From: Lama guanicoe
Taxonomy: Eukaryota
Length of the DNA: 64,000 bases
Direction: 5' to 3'
NCBI GenBank assembly: GCA_013239625.1
Contig: MU053588.1
Span: 769,988-833,987, forward strand
Shown in pieces: positions 26,350 through 39,280 of the stretch (positions are counted from its first letter, which is position 1; every line of letters starts with the position of its first letter). The notes under the pieces are model-generated. The model was not told where the DNA came from, did no database searches, and worked only from the letters and a program-made list of their open reading frames with translations. A program made the translations under genes and the position numbers.

Positions 26350-26890
26350 TAAATCAGTCAACATTAGTTCGACTGCAAGTGACAGAAGCATAAATTAAAT
26401 TAGCAGAAGTGAAAAATGGGATCTACTGGATTATGTAACTTACAAGTACTAGGAGAAGGGTAGCTTTAGGTGTGGCTGGATCCAGGGGCTCAAACAGCAT
26501 TAGGAATTCTTCCCATTTCTCACCTCTGCTTTTCTTCATTGTGGCCTTATTCACAGGTCTTCCCAAGTAGTGGCAAAGATGCCCGCTAGCAACCCTCACC
26601 TTACATCCCACCACCGTAACTACCCAAGGGGAAAGAGAGCTGTGCCTTCCAGGTGTCCCAGAAGTGTTTTGGGGCTGAATCTCATTAGGCCACTCACTTG
26701 CCAGAACTAAGGTGGGGATAGAATGGGCTGACTGGTCAAGCTGGAAGCCCATGCTCACCCCTAGAGAGGGTGAGTGGGGTCAGCTCATCGGGAAATGTTG
26801 ACAGAGATCAGGGAGATGCTTTCCCAAAGGGCATGGGCATGGCTTCCAGGAGGAGGGGGTGCTGGGTGGGCCACAACGGCTGCTGCTCAC
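26350..26890 (-). mobile_element. MaLR LTR (MLT1K-like)
   Basis: gactgcaagtgacagaa..ggctggatccaggggctcaaac..ctcattaggcc; similar copies near 14590-15150, 28940-29240, 46800-47330 and 56810-57420. Confidence 0.55.
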
Positions 26891-27974
26891 TGCCGGGAGC
26901 TCCTCTGGACACGCCATGCCTACTCTGTCTGAGAGTGGTTTCTAATGAACAGAAACCCTACAGACGTTTGATGGTTTAGGGAGGATATATCTTTTTCTAT
27001 TGGTACAGGTGACATTGTAGATTTTATAGGCCAAAAGTGATCAAATATCAGTGATTTCAGAAGGTTCACTTAATAACCTGCTGTAGGAGCCGTGGTCTCG
27101 TTAGGCCTGTGTTGGAGTTCTTTTCTCTGCCACTTCCTAGCTGTGTGGTCTTACCTTTCTGAGCCTCAGGGCCCTCCTCTATAGAACGGGTGGGATGCTG
27201 GAACCCATGTCTCAGGGTCACTGGGAGAGGACCCTGCACTCATGAACCCGAGCACGAGGCAGGGCCCGACACAGGAGGCACACAGGAAGCGAGTAGAACC
27301 TGCCCCTGGGTATTTGGGTGGCGTGGTGAGAAAAGCTTGGGTTGTGGAGTCAAGCAGAAGTGAGTTCAGATCCTGGCTCTTTCCCTCCGTGGTGGAGTAA
27401 CTTAGGACCCTGACAGCCTGAGGTTTCTCATCACAGTGGGTGGGATGAGTTAATGCCTCAGGCTTGTTGTGAAGCTAAAATGTGGTTGCAGCTTTCAGAT
27501 GTGGATGTAAAATGCCTCGTCCAGGGCCGGCCACAGTAAATGGGTACTTTATCCTGCAGTTTAACTTAATCCAGTGTAAAACACACAGAAAGAGCTAACT
27601 GAGGGTGGCTGGATTTCACACTGTGGGCCACCTCACATGGACTCCGTGTGACTCGTGTCTGTGGACCTTATGTCACTAACAGAGATTCCTAATAGTTACT
27701 TGAAAACTAAACTTACGTAAATAAGAGCTGTGTAATTTCAGCAAATAAATAAAGCGCCATGAATGCATCATCGCCTGCAAAGATGACAGTCTTTCTCAAG
27801 AACTGTGACAAGCAGGGGAGAAGGGACGGGGCTCCCGTAAGCTCATCTGAAGCCACTGCCCCAACCTTCTCAACACAGATGTCTGGGAAAGGGTCCCTGC
27901 CCACGGTCTTCGGTCCAACTCCGCTGTTGTCCACAAGCATGGCCTTGAGCAGGTAGCAGGCTGCCAGCCTGTGC

Positions 27975-28465
27975 TCTTCTCCAACAGACGTTTATTGAGC
28001 ACCTGCTGTGTGCTGGGTACTGCTTTCGGCACTGAGGACACAGCAGTGGGCAGCGAACAAAACAGACAAAACCCTTGTTCTCCTGAAGCTGACACTTCAG
28101 TAGGAAAAGACAGATAGGAAACCAAAGGAAGGGGGAAAGGTTGCTGTGTGCTAGGTGTTGACAAGTGTTAAGTAATGGGGGCAGAGAAGCAGAGGGGGGA
28201 GGTTGAGGGGGTAACATCATGGATAAGACAGTGGTGACATTTCAGCCAAGACCTGAAGGAGGGAGGGGAGGGGGGAGCCTTGTGAGATCTGGGGGAAGAA
28301 TGTTTTAGGCAGAGGGAACAGTCTACGCAGGGGCCTTGAGGAGATGTTTCAGGTGTGTTTGAGGAGCCGCAGGAGGCCAGCGTGGCTGGAGCAGAGTGGG
28401 CGAGGCGGGGGGCTGTGCGGAAGGAGATGTCAGAGAGCCGAAGGGGCAGGTTGTGAGCCTCAAAC
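27975..28465 (-). mobile_element. LINE-2 fragment
   Basis: caacagacgtttattgagcacctgctgtgtgc..aggcagagggaacag..ggaggccagcgtggctggagcagag. Confidence 0.7.
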
Positions 28466-28510
28466 TGACCCATGATGCTTCCCTCTCCCTCTTGGTTTCC
28501 CGTTCACCAG

Positions 28511-28668
28511 CTCCTAAGAAAGAGGCACATAGGAAACGATATCGTGACGATCATCTTCCAGGAGCCTGGGGCACTGCCTTTCACCCCCAAGAACATCCGT
28601 TCCCACTTTCAGCACGTCTTCATCATTGTCCGAGCGCACAACCCCTGCACTGAGAACGTCTGCTACAG
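28511..28668 (+). CDS. SIPA1L3: SIPA1L3 coding exon 6 (158 nt, RapGAP catalytic helix)
   Basis: caccag|CTC...AG|gtaggc; [18 protein letters not shown], with the catalytic Asn-thumb codon AAC at 28535-28537 intact. Confidence 0.97.
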
Positions 28669-29579
28669 GTAGGCGCCTCCACCGCAGCTGCAGGGAGCGA
28701 CCCCGGGCACCGCCCCCCTCCCAGCCCACTCCTGCATGCACAGGAAATCACAAAAGCTGGTTGCCAGCATCCAGGCAGCATTGGGGCAGAGGGGAGGGGG
28801 ACAGCTGGCCCAGGTGGGCTGCCTCCTGCATTTCTTGTTTGTGCTTCAGTAGGGGAGCTCTGTTCACACATTCCCACACTGTCTAAGAGGGTGATTCTTA
28901 ACCAGAAAGGGGCATGTCACCCCGGTTTTGATAAGGGAACCATCAGGGATTTGTATTTGCCTGGAATCTTTTGGTTGCAAGCAACAGAAAACCCATATGA
29001 AAAGGCAGTTGTCTCTGTTCTCTCATAAATGACCAGCACAAATGCAGCCGGATGTGCCCCACTTTCCTGTATGTTGCCTCGTTTGCTAGCAGCTCTGAAC
29101 TTAACATCTTCCCACTGCAAATCCAGCAAAAAGAGAGCTTTCCTTTCCTAGAAAAAGCAGCCCCAGAATTGGGGCTCATTGACCTGGTTGGGATGATACA
29201 CCCGTCCTAGAACAAGACCACCAGGTGTGCCTGGGCCCAGGGTGCAAGGGTTGAGAGGCACAGGAAGATGAAAGGATGGAGGCAGGGCGGGCAGGGACCC
29301 CCACCTTCAGAGGCAGAGCTGAGGGTTCTCAGTTCGCAGATCAGTAAGGGACATAAGCCTCAGACTCGTTCAGCATCCTCCCCAAGGACCAGTTCTCACC
29401 CAGGGCTTGACCGGCCCCAGAGAACAAATGGGAGGCTCTCTGGGTGTGGGGTGAGCACAGCTCTGTGGTCGTTGAGAACCAGCCCGTCAGTAACCCAGGC
29501 CCAGGTCCAAGTCAGCACTTGTCCCTGGAGCAGCACCACAGACTGGGCAATGGGCTCGGGAGGGTTATTTTCCATTAAA

Positions 29580-30125
29580 AAAAAATAGTTTGAAATTTAA
29601 GACATGCAAAAGATAAAATTATTAAAAATCAAAATCCCTCTCTCAACTGTGACCCCCAACTACCCAGTTGCCTCACAGAGGCAACTACTCTTAGCAGTTT
29701 CTTATGTATCCTGAGACCTTAGGCAATTACTTACAAGTATTCCTTCTTCACCTTTTTAGTACATGTGTTGGCATATCCCACACACTCTCCTGCATCCTGT
29801 ATTTTTTCACTCAGCAGCCTTTGAGAACCTTGCATACCAGTCCGTAAAGTGCTTTTTCTCTCTTTATGACTGCGTACTACTCCATCATGTGGCTGCATGA
29901 GAATCTACCCCTATCCCCTATCCATGTGTGTTTAGGTGGTTTCCTGTCTCCTGCTCTTCCAGTACCCCCAGCAGTGAGTGACTAGTTTATACACTTGTCC
30001 AACTGTACAGCTGGGAAAGGTAAATTCCCAGACATGGAGTTACTGGGTCAAAGGGTATGTGCCTAGGTGTACTGGGTGGTCTTGATGGCATTGCCAGAGT
30101 CTGCCAGTTTATTCTCTCAGCCAGG
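29580..30125 (-). mobile_element. Old LINE-1 (L1ME-like) fragment
   Basis: cagaggcaactact..tttcttatgtatcc..taaattccc..tactgggtcaaagggtatg. Confidence 0.6.
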
Positions 30126-33100
30126 ACTGTGAGAGAAAGGAGCAGGATTCCAATGTACAGCCCTTGCTGTTGACCACCAGGCTGGATGTGCTGCCGAGGG
30201 GCCACTGGGAGCCAGCACACTGCGGAGCAGGGCCTCCGTGCGGCGCAGGCCCCGGCCTGAGGTCCCCTCCGCACACCCATTTGTTCCTGAGACATGGCAG
30301 CAGCTGCAAGGGGCTGCGTCTCCAGGCTGTCTGTGGGCCTGAGGTTACTTTGATGATGTCCAGTGTTCCTCAGCCACTCAAACGTCGCCCTAGTGAACAG
30401 AGGTGGAGTTGTTCCGAAGCATGTGCGCACATACACACACACACACAGGAGGCCGCCCCCTCGTAGCACATGGGAGGTAGGGGGCAGCTGGCTGGGTTCT
30501 TCTCCCCTTTCTCCTAACTGTGAGCTCCCCTCTCCTCCCGGGGTTGTCACAGGAGCCTGCGGCCCACCTCCCACCTTCCCAGGCCAGCCCTTTCATGGCT
30601 TCCAGAAGGATTTCTTTTTCCCGACACACAGAGCTTTCTTGTTTTTGCAATTTAATTTGAAATATTTTTATTATGCAACATTTTAAACATTCTGAAAAGT
30701 ACAGAGAATAATATAACAGACAGCCATGTGCCTACCACCAGATCTAACAGATGTTAACATTTTGCCATACTTGCTTCAGCTCTCTCTTTATTTTTGAAGA
30801 AAGAAAATGTTAGAGAGACAACCCAAGCTGCCCCATCTCGCAACCCCTCTCCTCCCCTTCTCTCTTTCCCCACCGGCAGCTGCTCTCTGGACAGACCTAC
30901 CCCTGTCTCCCTGTGTCCCCAGGCACCTTTGTTACAAAATCCGTCACACTGTAGGAACAAGCTGTTGATGTGACTCTTGCCTCCCTTGAAGGTCACCCCA
31001 AGTCGTACTCCCTTCAGACATCTGTCCTGGGGTGGCACTTGCTGTGTACACAGCCCTCAAGACCCTTTGCTGACTAGACCGGTGTCTGGCCCAAACGTTG
31101 TAGGCCCTGAGAAAATAGTTGTTGAATAAATAATTGTGAGTGTTCCAGGAATGCTTCCTGACCAGGTGACCTGGTGGTCGCACCACCTCCCGGTCGTGTA
31201 ACAAGGTGCCATCCTTCCCCGCTTTGAGTGTGCACTTTCTGAACAGCACACCAGCATCCCTGCTGCCTGTGGGCTGTGAAAACCCCATCCCTCCTGCTGG
31301 GGAAGTGAGGGACCAGCTGTGCTGATTGTCCAGAAACCTCAGCAGCTTGTAGTTTCATGATTCTTAAAACCATGAATCAGGACTATGGGAAAAGCCAAAA
31401 CCTGTCACTATATGCAGCCAAGTCCTGAATGAAGAAGTTGCAAAGTTCTTTGTGTCTATAAAGCGCAGTCTGAACACACAGTTAATTAGAATAGAGAGAC
31501 TGTTGAGGTCATCTTGTCCATCCCCCTGCCCCGGGGCAGCACCGCGCCCACAGAGTTTCCTGCAGAAGAAACCTGCCTGATTTGTGCGGCTTTGAAGGGC
31601 CTCTCCAGAGGGAAATGCCCTTTTCTGTCAAACCCACACTTTGTCAGAAAACCATTTCTTCTCGATCTGTCTATTCACGTTTAGATCATTACTTTAGTCA
31701 GTATAGAACACCTGTGCTGGCACTGAGGTGTCAGCTCAGCCCAGGGTGGCGCCTGCCCCTACACACTCCCAGCCTGTGGAGAAGGCTTCCCTGGACTGTG
31801 AACCTGGAGGTGGAGAGCAAGAGTCCGGCCTGACCCTGGGGTCTGCAGCAGCTCCCTCGATGGCCTCCTTCCCATCCTCTGGTCCCTTCCATCCCTTTCT
31901 TCATGGGGCAGCCATAGTGGTCTTTGCAGATTGTCAGTCTGGCACCTGCGTTTGACAGGCATCTGCAAGAAGCAGGTACCCCCTCCTTCAGGATTTTAAC
32001 TGAAGGATTAATGAACAGACTACTAGTAGGTGTGGGTAAGCTAAGGGGACCAGTACAGACAGGTGAGGCATCCAGGGACCAGCAACAGCAGATAGCCATT
32101 ACCCCACGCCCTCAGCTGGATGAGGTCAGAGGGGGATGGGAGAAGTTTCTGGAAATGGAGAACTATGGCTCTAGGAGAGCGGCAGCCTGGCAGGAGCTGT
32201 GGTGTTGAGCAAAGGACCAAGGACTACAGCCGCAGCCCAGGCCCCAGCCCAGCAGGGAGGCAGTGAAGAGAAATAAACCCTCCACCCTCTCTCCTCTCCC
32301 CTTCCCGTAGCCTGCAGGTGCGGCGGAACCCAGGTGAAGGTGACAGCACATAGAAACTCACTTTCCAGGGCACTGAACGGGGCAGAAAACGGCAGAGACT
32401 GGGGCCAGGGGCGCAGACGGTGAAGAGCCAGCCCAGGTGGTTGCCTGGTTGCTTGCTCTCATGACCAGGATGGAAGGTGCTAACTCACCATCAAGGCCCT
32501 GCATGGCCAGGGCCCTGCTGACCTCATCAGCCTTCCGGCCTCCCCTCCGAGGGCTCTGGGGACCCTGGCCTCGTCTCACCCTGCACACACTCTTTCCTCA
32601 CCGGGCTGTGCCCACTGCCTGCGGCGCCCTCCCCTCAGCTCTTCCTCTGGCTCCTACTCGGCCTCCGGTCCCAGTTAATTTCTCTTCCTCATAGAGGCAC
32701 TCCCAGAACACCAAATCCCCAAGGCCCAAGAGAGAGGGTGTCCTGAAAGCACTGGTCAAACAAATGCATGAATGTCACCTTGTCCCCTTGTCAAGTTGGG
32801 TGGTGGGGTCGGGAGTCAGAACCTGAGCCTTACATTGTGGTTGGGTTTCGTGAAATACGTTTTACCCAAGAATCTCGTTATTTAAAAAATTGTCCTACAG
32901 TATACTGGAAGGCTCTCCCAACACCATACTCACAAGCTGAGGTTTTTCTAGAAGGTAAATACAGTATTCTTTGAGAAAAACCTCTCTCATAGCAACTCAT
33001 ACCCTTTTTTTAATCATCATCATATAAACAGCAAAACTCACGGTGTCCCTGCAGCCCCCTTAAATGTCTTTCCCTGCCCCTGGGTGTTCACTCGGGCGGG

Positions 33101-33726
33101 TGCCGTGGCCTTTCTGCCTGATTTTAGAAATTGTCTGCCCTGTAGCCACTGGGTCTTGATTGGGTCATTAGATCATCACATTCGAGATTTATCCACTCTC
33201 TAAACTTGACTTACCAGCAAACCTCCCACTTCCCAGCTCAGGCTGCTTCCGCCTGAAGCCTTGATGGGTAAGTGGGGAGCCTGCTTACCCCTCCTCCATT
33301 TGTCCTCCATGCACCCCCCCTCCCCCGGCCCCTGGCCTGGTGACTGCCAGTTTCTGACCTGTCGAGGAGTAGAGCACAAAGAGGAAACTGGAGGCAGGGA
33401 AGTGTCGCTGGGGCTCTGGTCACAGGCTCTCTGGGCTCTCGGGGGCTCCCTGCCCACCCTCTAGGTCTCCCAGTCAGGAATACACCTCAGCCTCCTCCCA
33501 ACAAGGAGGGTGACCTAGGAGGCCCCTGTTCAGGGACGGGGACACCTCACCGCCCACTCTCTCCAAAGATTTCCCTCCTAATAAGATCCTCCCTCTCTCT
33601 GATATGCACAGTGGTTGAGGAGGTTCAGGAGTTTGGGGGAACGGGCTTTAGATCATTTCCTTTTTACCTTCTCACTCAGTTGCTATCTGATTTCTGTCAT
33701 AATGACACCTAGTCAAAACTGAAGTC

Positions 33727-33885
33727 GGGGGCAGGGTATAGTTCAAGTGGTAGAGTGCATGCTTAGCATGTATGAGGCCCTGGGTTCAATCCCTGGTACC
33801 TCCTCCAAAAAATAAATTAAGTAAACCTAATTACCTACCCCTCAAAAAAAAATTCAAAAAAAATTTTTTTAATAAATTTTTTTTA
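33727..33885 (+). mobile_element. tRNA-Ala-derived SINE (camelid Vic-1 type), copy 1
   Basis: tRNA-Ala(AGC)-like head with A/B boxes, aaacctaattacct body, A-rich tail; TSD AAAACTGAAGT at 33715-33725 and 33886-33896. Confidence 0.88.
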
Positions 33886-34674
33886 AAAACTGAAGTGGAA
33901 AAAGTCCTGTTCTAACTTCCCCTTACCATGACTTTTCAAAATAACCTTTGTTGAAATGATTTACAAAGTGTATTAGTACTCTACAAGTGTTTGAAAGAAA
34001 TCACATAATTGTTCCATATCCATCAGGTGTTCCTACAATAATCCCACTTTCCAAACTACCCCAAAACTCAGTGGCTCACAAACATCATTGTCTTGGCTCA
34101 CATATCTGCAGGTTAGCTGAGGTCTGGCTAGCCTTGGCTCCAGGCCACATCGGGCCCAGGTCTGCTCCAGGTGTCCTTCATCATCCTGGGACCAGTAGAC
34201 CCCAGAGCATGTGAGTCTCATGGTGACGCAGGCACACAGGAGGCAGGCCTAACCCCCACACACACTTCATGCTTTTACTCTGCATTGGCCAGATCAAGTC
34301 ACATGACCAGGCTCAGTGGAGTGAGGATGTACCTGCCCACGAAGGTAGATGGGAAGAGGTAAATTTTGCCAAACTGTAATGTACCACACCATATGTGTGT
34401 CAAACGAGAACAGCTAGAGTTGAGCAGTGCTGGGACAGTTATCCTTTGAATAACATCAGTGGATGTTGTAACGTTCTGCTTGTAGGAAGTAAAAATACCT
34501 GTATGTGCTCTGAGACTTTATCAAGTTTCCAATCTAGTTAGCCAGCAACTGACTAATTAGACGTACACCTCCATTCTTAAAAAGGAAACTCCTCTTTCTG
34601 AGTGTGTATTTTCTTTCTGAAAGGACTCTCAGATGTGTTTCTTTCTACCATCTAAACGATTTCTCCCTCCTCAG

Positions 34675-35251
34675 TATGGCTGTGACCCGATCCAAAGACG
34701 CTCCTCCTTTTGGCCCCCCTATCCCCAGTGGAACCACATTCCGCAAATCTGACGTCTTCAGAGACTTCTTGCTGGCCAAGGTGATTAACGCTGAGAACGC
34801 CGCGCACAAGTCCGACAAGTTCCACACCATGGCCACCAGGACCCGCCAGGAGTACCTCAAGGACCTGGCTGAGAACTGTGTCTCCAACACACCCATTGAC
34901 TCCACGGGCAAGTTTAACCTCATCTCCCTGACCTCCAAGAAAAAGGAGAAGACCAAAGCCCGGGCAGGCGCTGAGCAGCACAGCGCAGGGGCCATCGCCT
35001 GGAGGGTGGCGGCTCAGGACTATGCCCAGGGAGTAGAAATTGACTGCATTTTGGGGATTTCTAATGAGTTTGTGGTGCTCCTGGACCTACGCACCAAGGA
35101 GGTGGTATTTAACTGCTACTGCGGGGATGTCATTGGCTGGACCCCAGACTCCTCGACACTTAAAATCTTCTATGGGCGAGGGGACCACATCTTCCTGCAG
35201 GCCTCCGAGGGCTCTGTGGAGGACATAAGGGAAATCGTCCAGAGGCTGAAG
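34675..35251 (+). CDS. SIPA1L3: SIPA1L3 coding exon 7 (577 nt, end of RapGAP and linker)
   Basis: cctcag|T...AAG|gtaagg; [16 protein letters not shown]...[13 protein letters not shown]...EIVQRLK. Confidence 0.96.
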
Positions 35252-36724
35252 GTAAGGGAGAGGGCTCAGCTCTGTGGTCTGGCAGAGGCCTTAGGAACCA
35301 CTGAGATGCCTCCCTGAGCCCAGTCAGTTGGGCCAGGACACTCATCGGCCCCAAGACAATCAGAATTGTGACTTACACACCAGAGGTCTAGTGGGTCCTG
35401 CAGCCTGGGTTCCTTCTGGGGAAGACTTGGGCCAGGGATCTGAGGTTCCTATGCCATCACCTTGGGAAGACAAAAGGCAGCTTTACTCACTCTAGATGTT
35501 GATAGAAAAGATAAGTTTAAGCTTATGTTAAAAATGTAAGGATACTTTCTAGAAGAAATAAAATAGATTGAAAAGCTTTCAGATCATTAAAGGATAGTGC
35601 AGAAGCAGGGTGTTTGGGGATGAGGGGAGGTAGTGGGGAGGAAGTGTAAGAAACCATGATAAAAGAAAGAAAGATTATATGGCAGGAATAATTCCACATC
35701 AGTAATCACGATAATTATGAATGGTTTAACATTTATGTTAAAGTCAGAGACTTACAATCTAGATAAAAATCTCACCCTCAGCTCTTGATGTACAGCTCAG
35801 GCTCAGACTGTAGGCCAAACCAAGGGTGGTGGAGTGGTTTCAAGTCAGATGACATCCTAGTTGGTAGTGGCTGTTTGAAACGTTGTACTCAGAGTACTCA
35901 GGCCACATCTGAGCCCTGTGTAAAGGAATGCGATGGTCAGTGATGGGCTGTCAGTGGGTTTAGCAGAATGGCGTGTCATGCCTGAAATAGAGAAGGCAGT
36001 TTAGCACGGGAATTAACAACACAGGTTCTCAAGTTGGAAGGTCTGGTTTCGAGTCCCAGCACTGCCACTTACCAGCTGAGACCTTGAGCCAGTTACTTAA
36101 CTGCTGGGTGACTCTGTTTCCCCATCTGAAACATGGGAACAATAATCACCCTGTATCATGTGCAAGTTTTAAGGATTGGATGAGTTACATTGTCCAGGCA
36201 TGCTGGCCTGACTTGGTAGGCTGTGACCTCTAGAGGCCACTGTGACAGCCGGCTGTCCTCACCCTTCTGACCCTTAGACTTGCTCATTAAGTTTAGGTTG
36301 GATTGGTAAAGCCCTGCTCCCAGCCTCCCTGACTCCAAAATTCATGTCCCACTTCAGGCAGTAGCAATAGCTAGTGTGTAGGCTTCCCATTAGGATGTGA
36401 GATCCTTGAACAAGGGCTTCTGACTGTTTCGCTCACTTGCTTGTCACATATGCGTAGTTCAGGGCTGGCACATTTGGTTAGTTGAATGAGATTCTTGAAC
36501 CCTGACTCTGTGCTAATAAGCAGTTTACATGCATGATCTCACAGTCCTCCACCCACCCTGGAGGGGTGTAGGCAGTGTTTTTATCCCCACTTGACAGATG
36601 AGGAAAATGAAGCTCAGAGAGGTATAGATACTCACATAAAGTCACACAGCCAGTAGGTGGCAGACTGGGGTCTGAATCTAGATTTTTTTTTTCTGACTCC
36701 AAAACCTGTTTGTGCCCAAACTCG

Positions 36725-37565
36725 ACGCTTGATAGCTAACTGCTACTCGGCATCTCCATTCAACCCCTGAAACTTAGCGTGTCTAAGAACAAGCTCCTGG
36801 TGTCCCCCCAACTGCCTCCCAGAGAGAGTTTTCCTGTCGCAGTACAGGACAAGTCCATCTCTCATTTGTGGAGTCAGAAGCCTTGGCATCAGCCTCACTC
36901 CTCTTTCTCTCACACCCACATCCAATCTGTCAGCTCCGCCTCCAAGAGGCAAACTCTCTACTCCTCCCCCTTCCACAGCCCCTCCAGGACTCTCCAGCAG
37001 CCTCCTTGCTGGTCTCCCTTGCTTCCACCCTTGCTTCCCTGTGGCCTGTTCTCAGTATGGTCAGTAGAGGGATCTGATGACATCACTGCTCTGCTCAGAC
37101 TTCTCAACTCTCTTAGATAAAAGCTCAAGTCCTCGTGGTGGTCCGTGAGGCCCTGCGTGGTCTGACTCTGTCAGCCTCTCTGACCTCCTCTCCCCCTTAC
37201 ACTCTCTGCTCCAGACACACATACCTCTGCTGTTTCCAGAGTGTGCTAGTCAGGCATCCAGCCTCAGGCCCTTTGCACTGCCTGTGCCCTTGCGCTAGAG
37301 CACTGTCCCTGATCCCCACGTAGCTCAGTCCCCTTCTACATGCCTTTAGTCAGATGTCAGCTGTCACTGAGGTCTCATTATCCAAAATTGCCAACCCCCC
37401 TCTCCAATTTGGCCCTGAGCTTATTCCACCCACTTTCCCTGCCTTAATTTTCTCCATAGCACCTACCACCCTCTGACATGTATTTTTACATATTTGATGT
37501 TTCCCGCTGTGTCCTCAGCACCTAGGTCAGCGTCTGGTGTGCAGCAGGCACTCCATGAACATGGA
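36725..37565 (+). mobile_element. LINE-2 fragment
   Basis: cacccacatccaatc..gcctcaggccctttgcac..tgtcctcagcacctag. Confidence 0.7.
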
Positions 37566-38349
37566 CTAAATGCACACATGCGTGCTGCCCTGTAATAGCA
37601 CAGACCGTCCTTGGAGGGCTGGCTGTCAGACTGCTTGGAGCCTTGCATGACCTTGCATTTCTTCCCAAAAGCCCAGTGAGGGAGATACCATTATCATCCC
37701 CAGTTCACAGATGAGGAAACTGAGGCCCAGAGAGGTAAAGCAACTTGCCTAGGGCCCAGAATGAGTTAAACATGAGAGTTCTTCCTCCCCAAAAATCGCG
37801 TTTCTTGAGCAGTGACCATGCCACGCACTGTGCCACGTGATACCCTCATCCCTGCGTCCTCTCTGTGCCGCCATCCCACACCCACCCCCGTGCCTACTGT
37901 TGGTGCAGTGCTTTTTCAGCATGTTTCCACAGCCCCCTTCCCAATCTCAGTGCCCCGAAGCCCGCTGAGAAACCAGGCACAAGGAAGCGTTGACAGAAGC
38001 CATCTTCTGTGAAGGAGCAGGCCCATCTTAAACGGCTTACGAGGCCAGTCTGTCTTTATGAAGCCCTTCAGGGTCAGGAGTCTGCACCCTCCCCAACATA
38101 GCTGGGATTCAGACGTCCTTCATTAAGTCAAAAAGTTTTCTGGTGTGCCTGGCCCTTGGCCAGGCAGTTCCAGGACCCAACAGTGACCACAGTGGGCCCA
38201 AGCCTGCCCTCCTGGGGCTCCCATCCAAGGCAGATACTGAACAAGAATTACAAATGCCAACAGGGTAAAAGGAGCAGTGCTGAGGATGCCAGGGGGACCC
38301 TATCGTGGGGGGCGGTCTCAAACCTGCAGATGTGATGCAGCCCCCAGAC

Positions 38350-38590
38350 ATAACCGAGCTGCTTACCAAAGCTTAACATTCAGAGGATTTCATACAAACC
38401 TCACTTTCTGGCTTCTCTTGAAAAACAGGGGGATCTGGCTATCCGAGACCTACATTTGCACAGGATAGGGGTCAGCTGAGCAAGGTGATGGATATGCCGT
38501 TTAGATGGGACAGGAGTGTACAATTTGGCCGTAGGTCTCACCCACCTACCTCTCATTTACGTTACCCACCAAGCACCCCAGCCTTGTGGG
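38350..38590. mobile_element. hAT-Charlie remnant (MER102-like)
   Basis: gatttcatacaaa..tttctggcttctcttgaaaaa..gatctggc; related pieces near 8170-8290, 8630-8860 and 35800-35960. Confidence 0.5.
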
Positions 38591-39189
38591 CTGGGCCCCG
38601 GGTTGGGGGGACTTCCCTGAGGGAATGACTTAAACTGAGACTAGAGCAGTAAGTAGGAGTCATCTTGGTGAGGGGTGGGGGTAGGGAGAATAAGTAAAGG
38701 AAAATGACAGCGGGAGCAACGTGGCAACAGAGAAAACGGCACAGTGGCTAAAAAAGCAGGAGTCGAGGCAGACATGCTCTGTGACCTTGGGCGACTGACA
38801 CACTTCAGTTTTGCCATTTCTTTATTTCACAATAAATTTAACTAATGTTAAGCAGATTAGTATATGTGCCTCATAAGTGAGATACTAGGGAACTTGGGCA
38901 TTTAAAGGGTTTAACCAGCACCTAGCACACAAAGATCAGCCCCCCAGGAAAATGAGCTTTAAAGGGGGGCTGGGTGGCCACGTGACACAGCAGGGGTTCC
39001 TCTGAACTGATTGTGTGTTTGATCTCATAAGGTGTTCCCTGTGCCATCAGGGCCTCGGGCTGCTCTGGCCTAGTGTCCCAAATCTTCTGTCACCTTGGGT
39101 TTTGTAACAACCCAAAGGAAGCCTTGCCTGAAGAAGAGCACCCCTCCTGATGTTTCAAGCTTCCCCTGCAGACTGTCTCTCCCCCTGTC

Positions 39190-39280
39190 CAGACAGAGAG
39201 AGGGAGGGAGGGGGAAGGAAGGAGGGAGAGAGAAATAGAGAGAGGGGGACAGGAGAGAGAGAAAGGGAGAGAGACTGAGA
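39190..39280. repeat. GA-rich low-complexity tract
   Basis: agagagagggagggagggggaaggaaggagggagagagaa... Confidence 0.8.

Noticed and set aside
33727..33806. tRNA-Ala-like sequences (also at ~53455-53529 and ~63050-63125)
   Set aside because: They are SINE heads with SINE body, A-tail and TSDs, not tRNA genes.
36244..36257. Perfect 14-bp palindrome GACAGCCGGCTGTC
   Set aside because: A few palindromes of this length are expected by chance in 64 kb; no supporting context.
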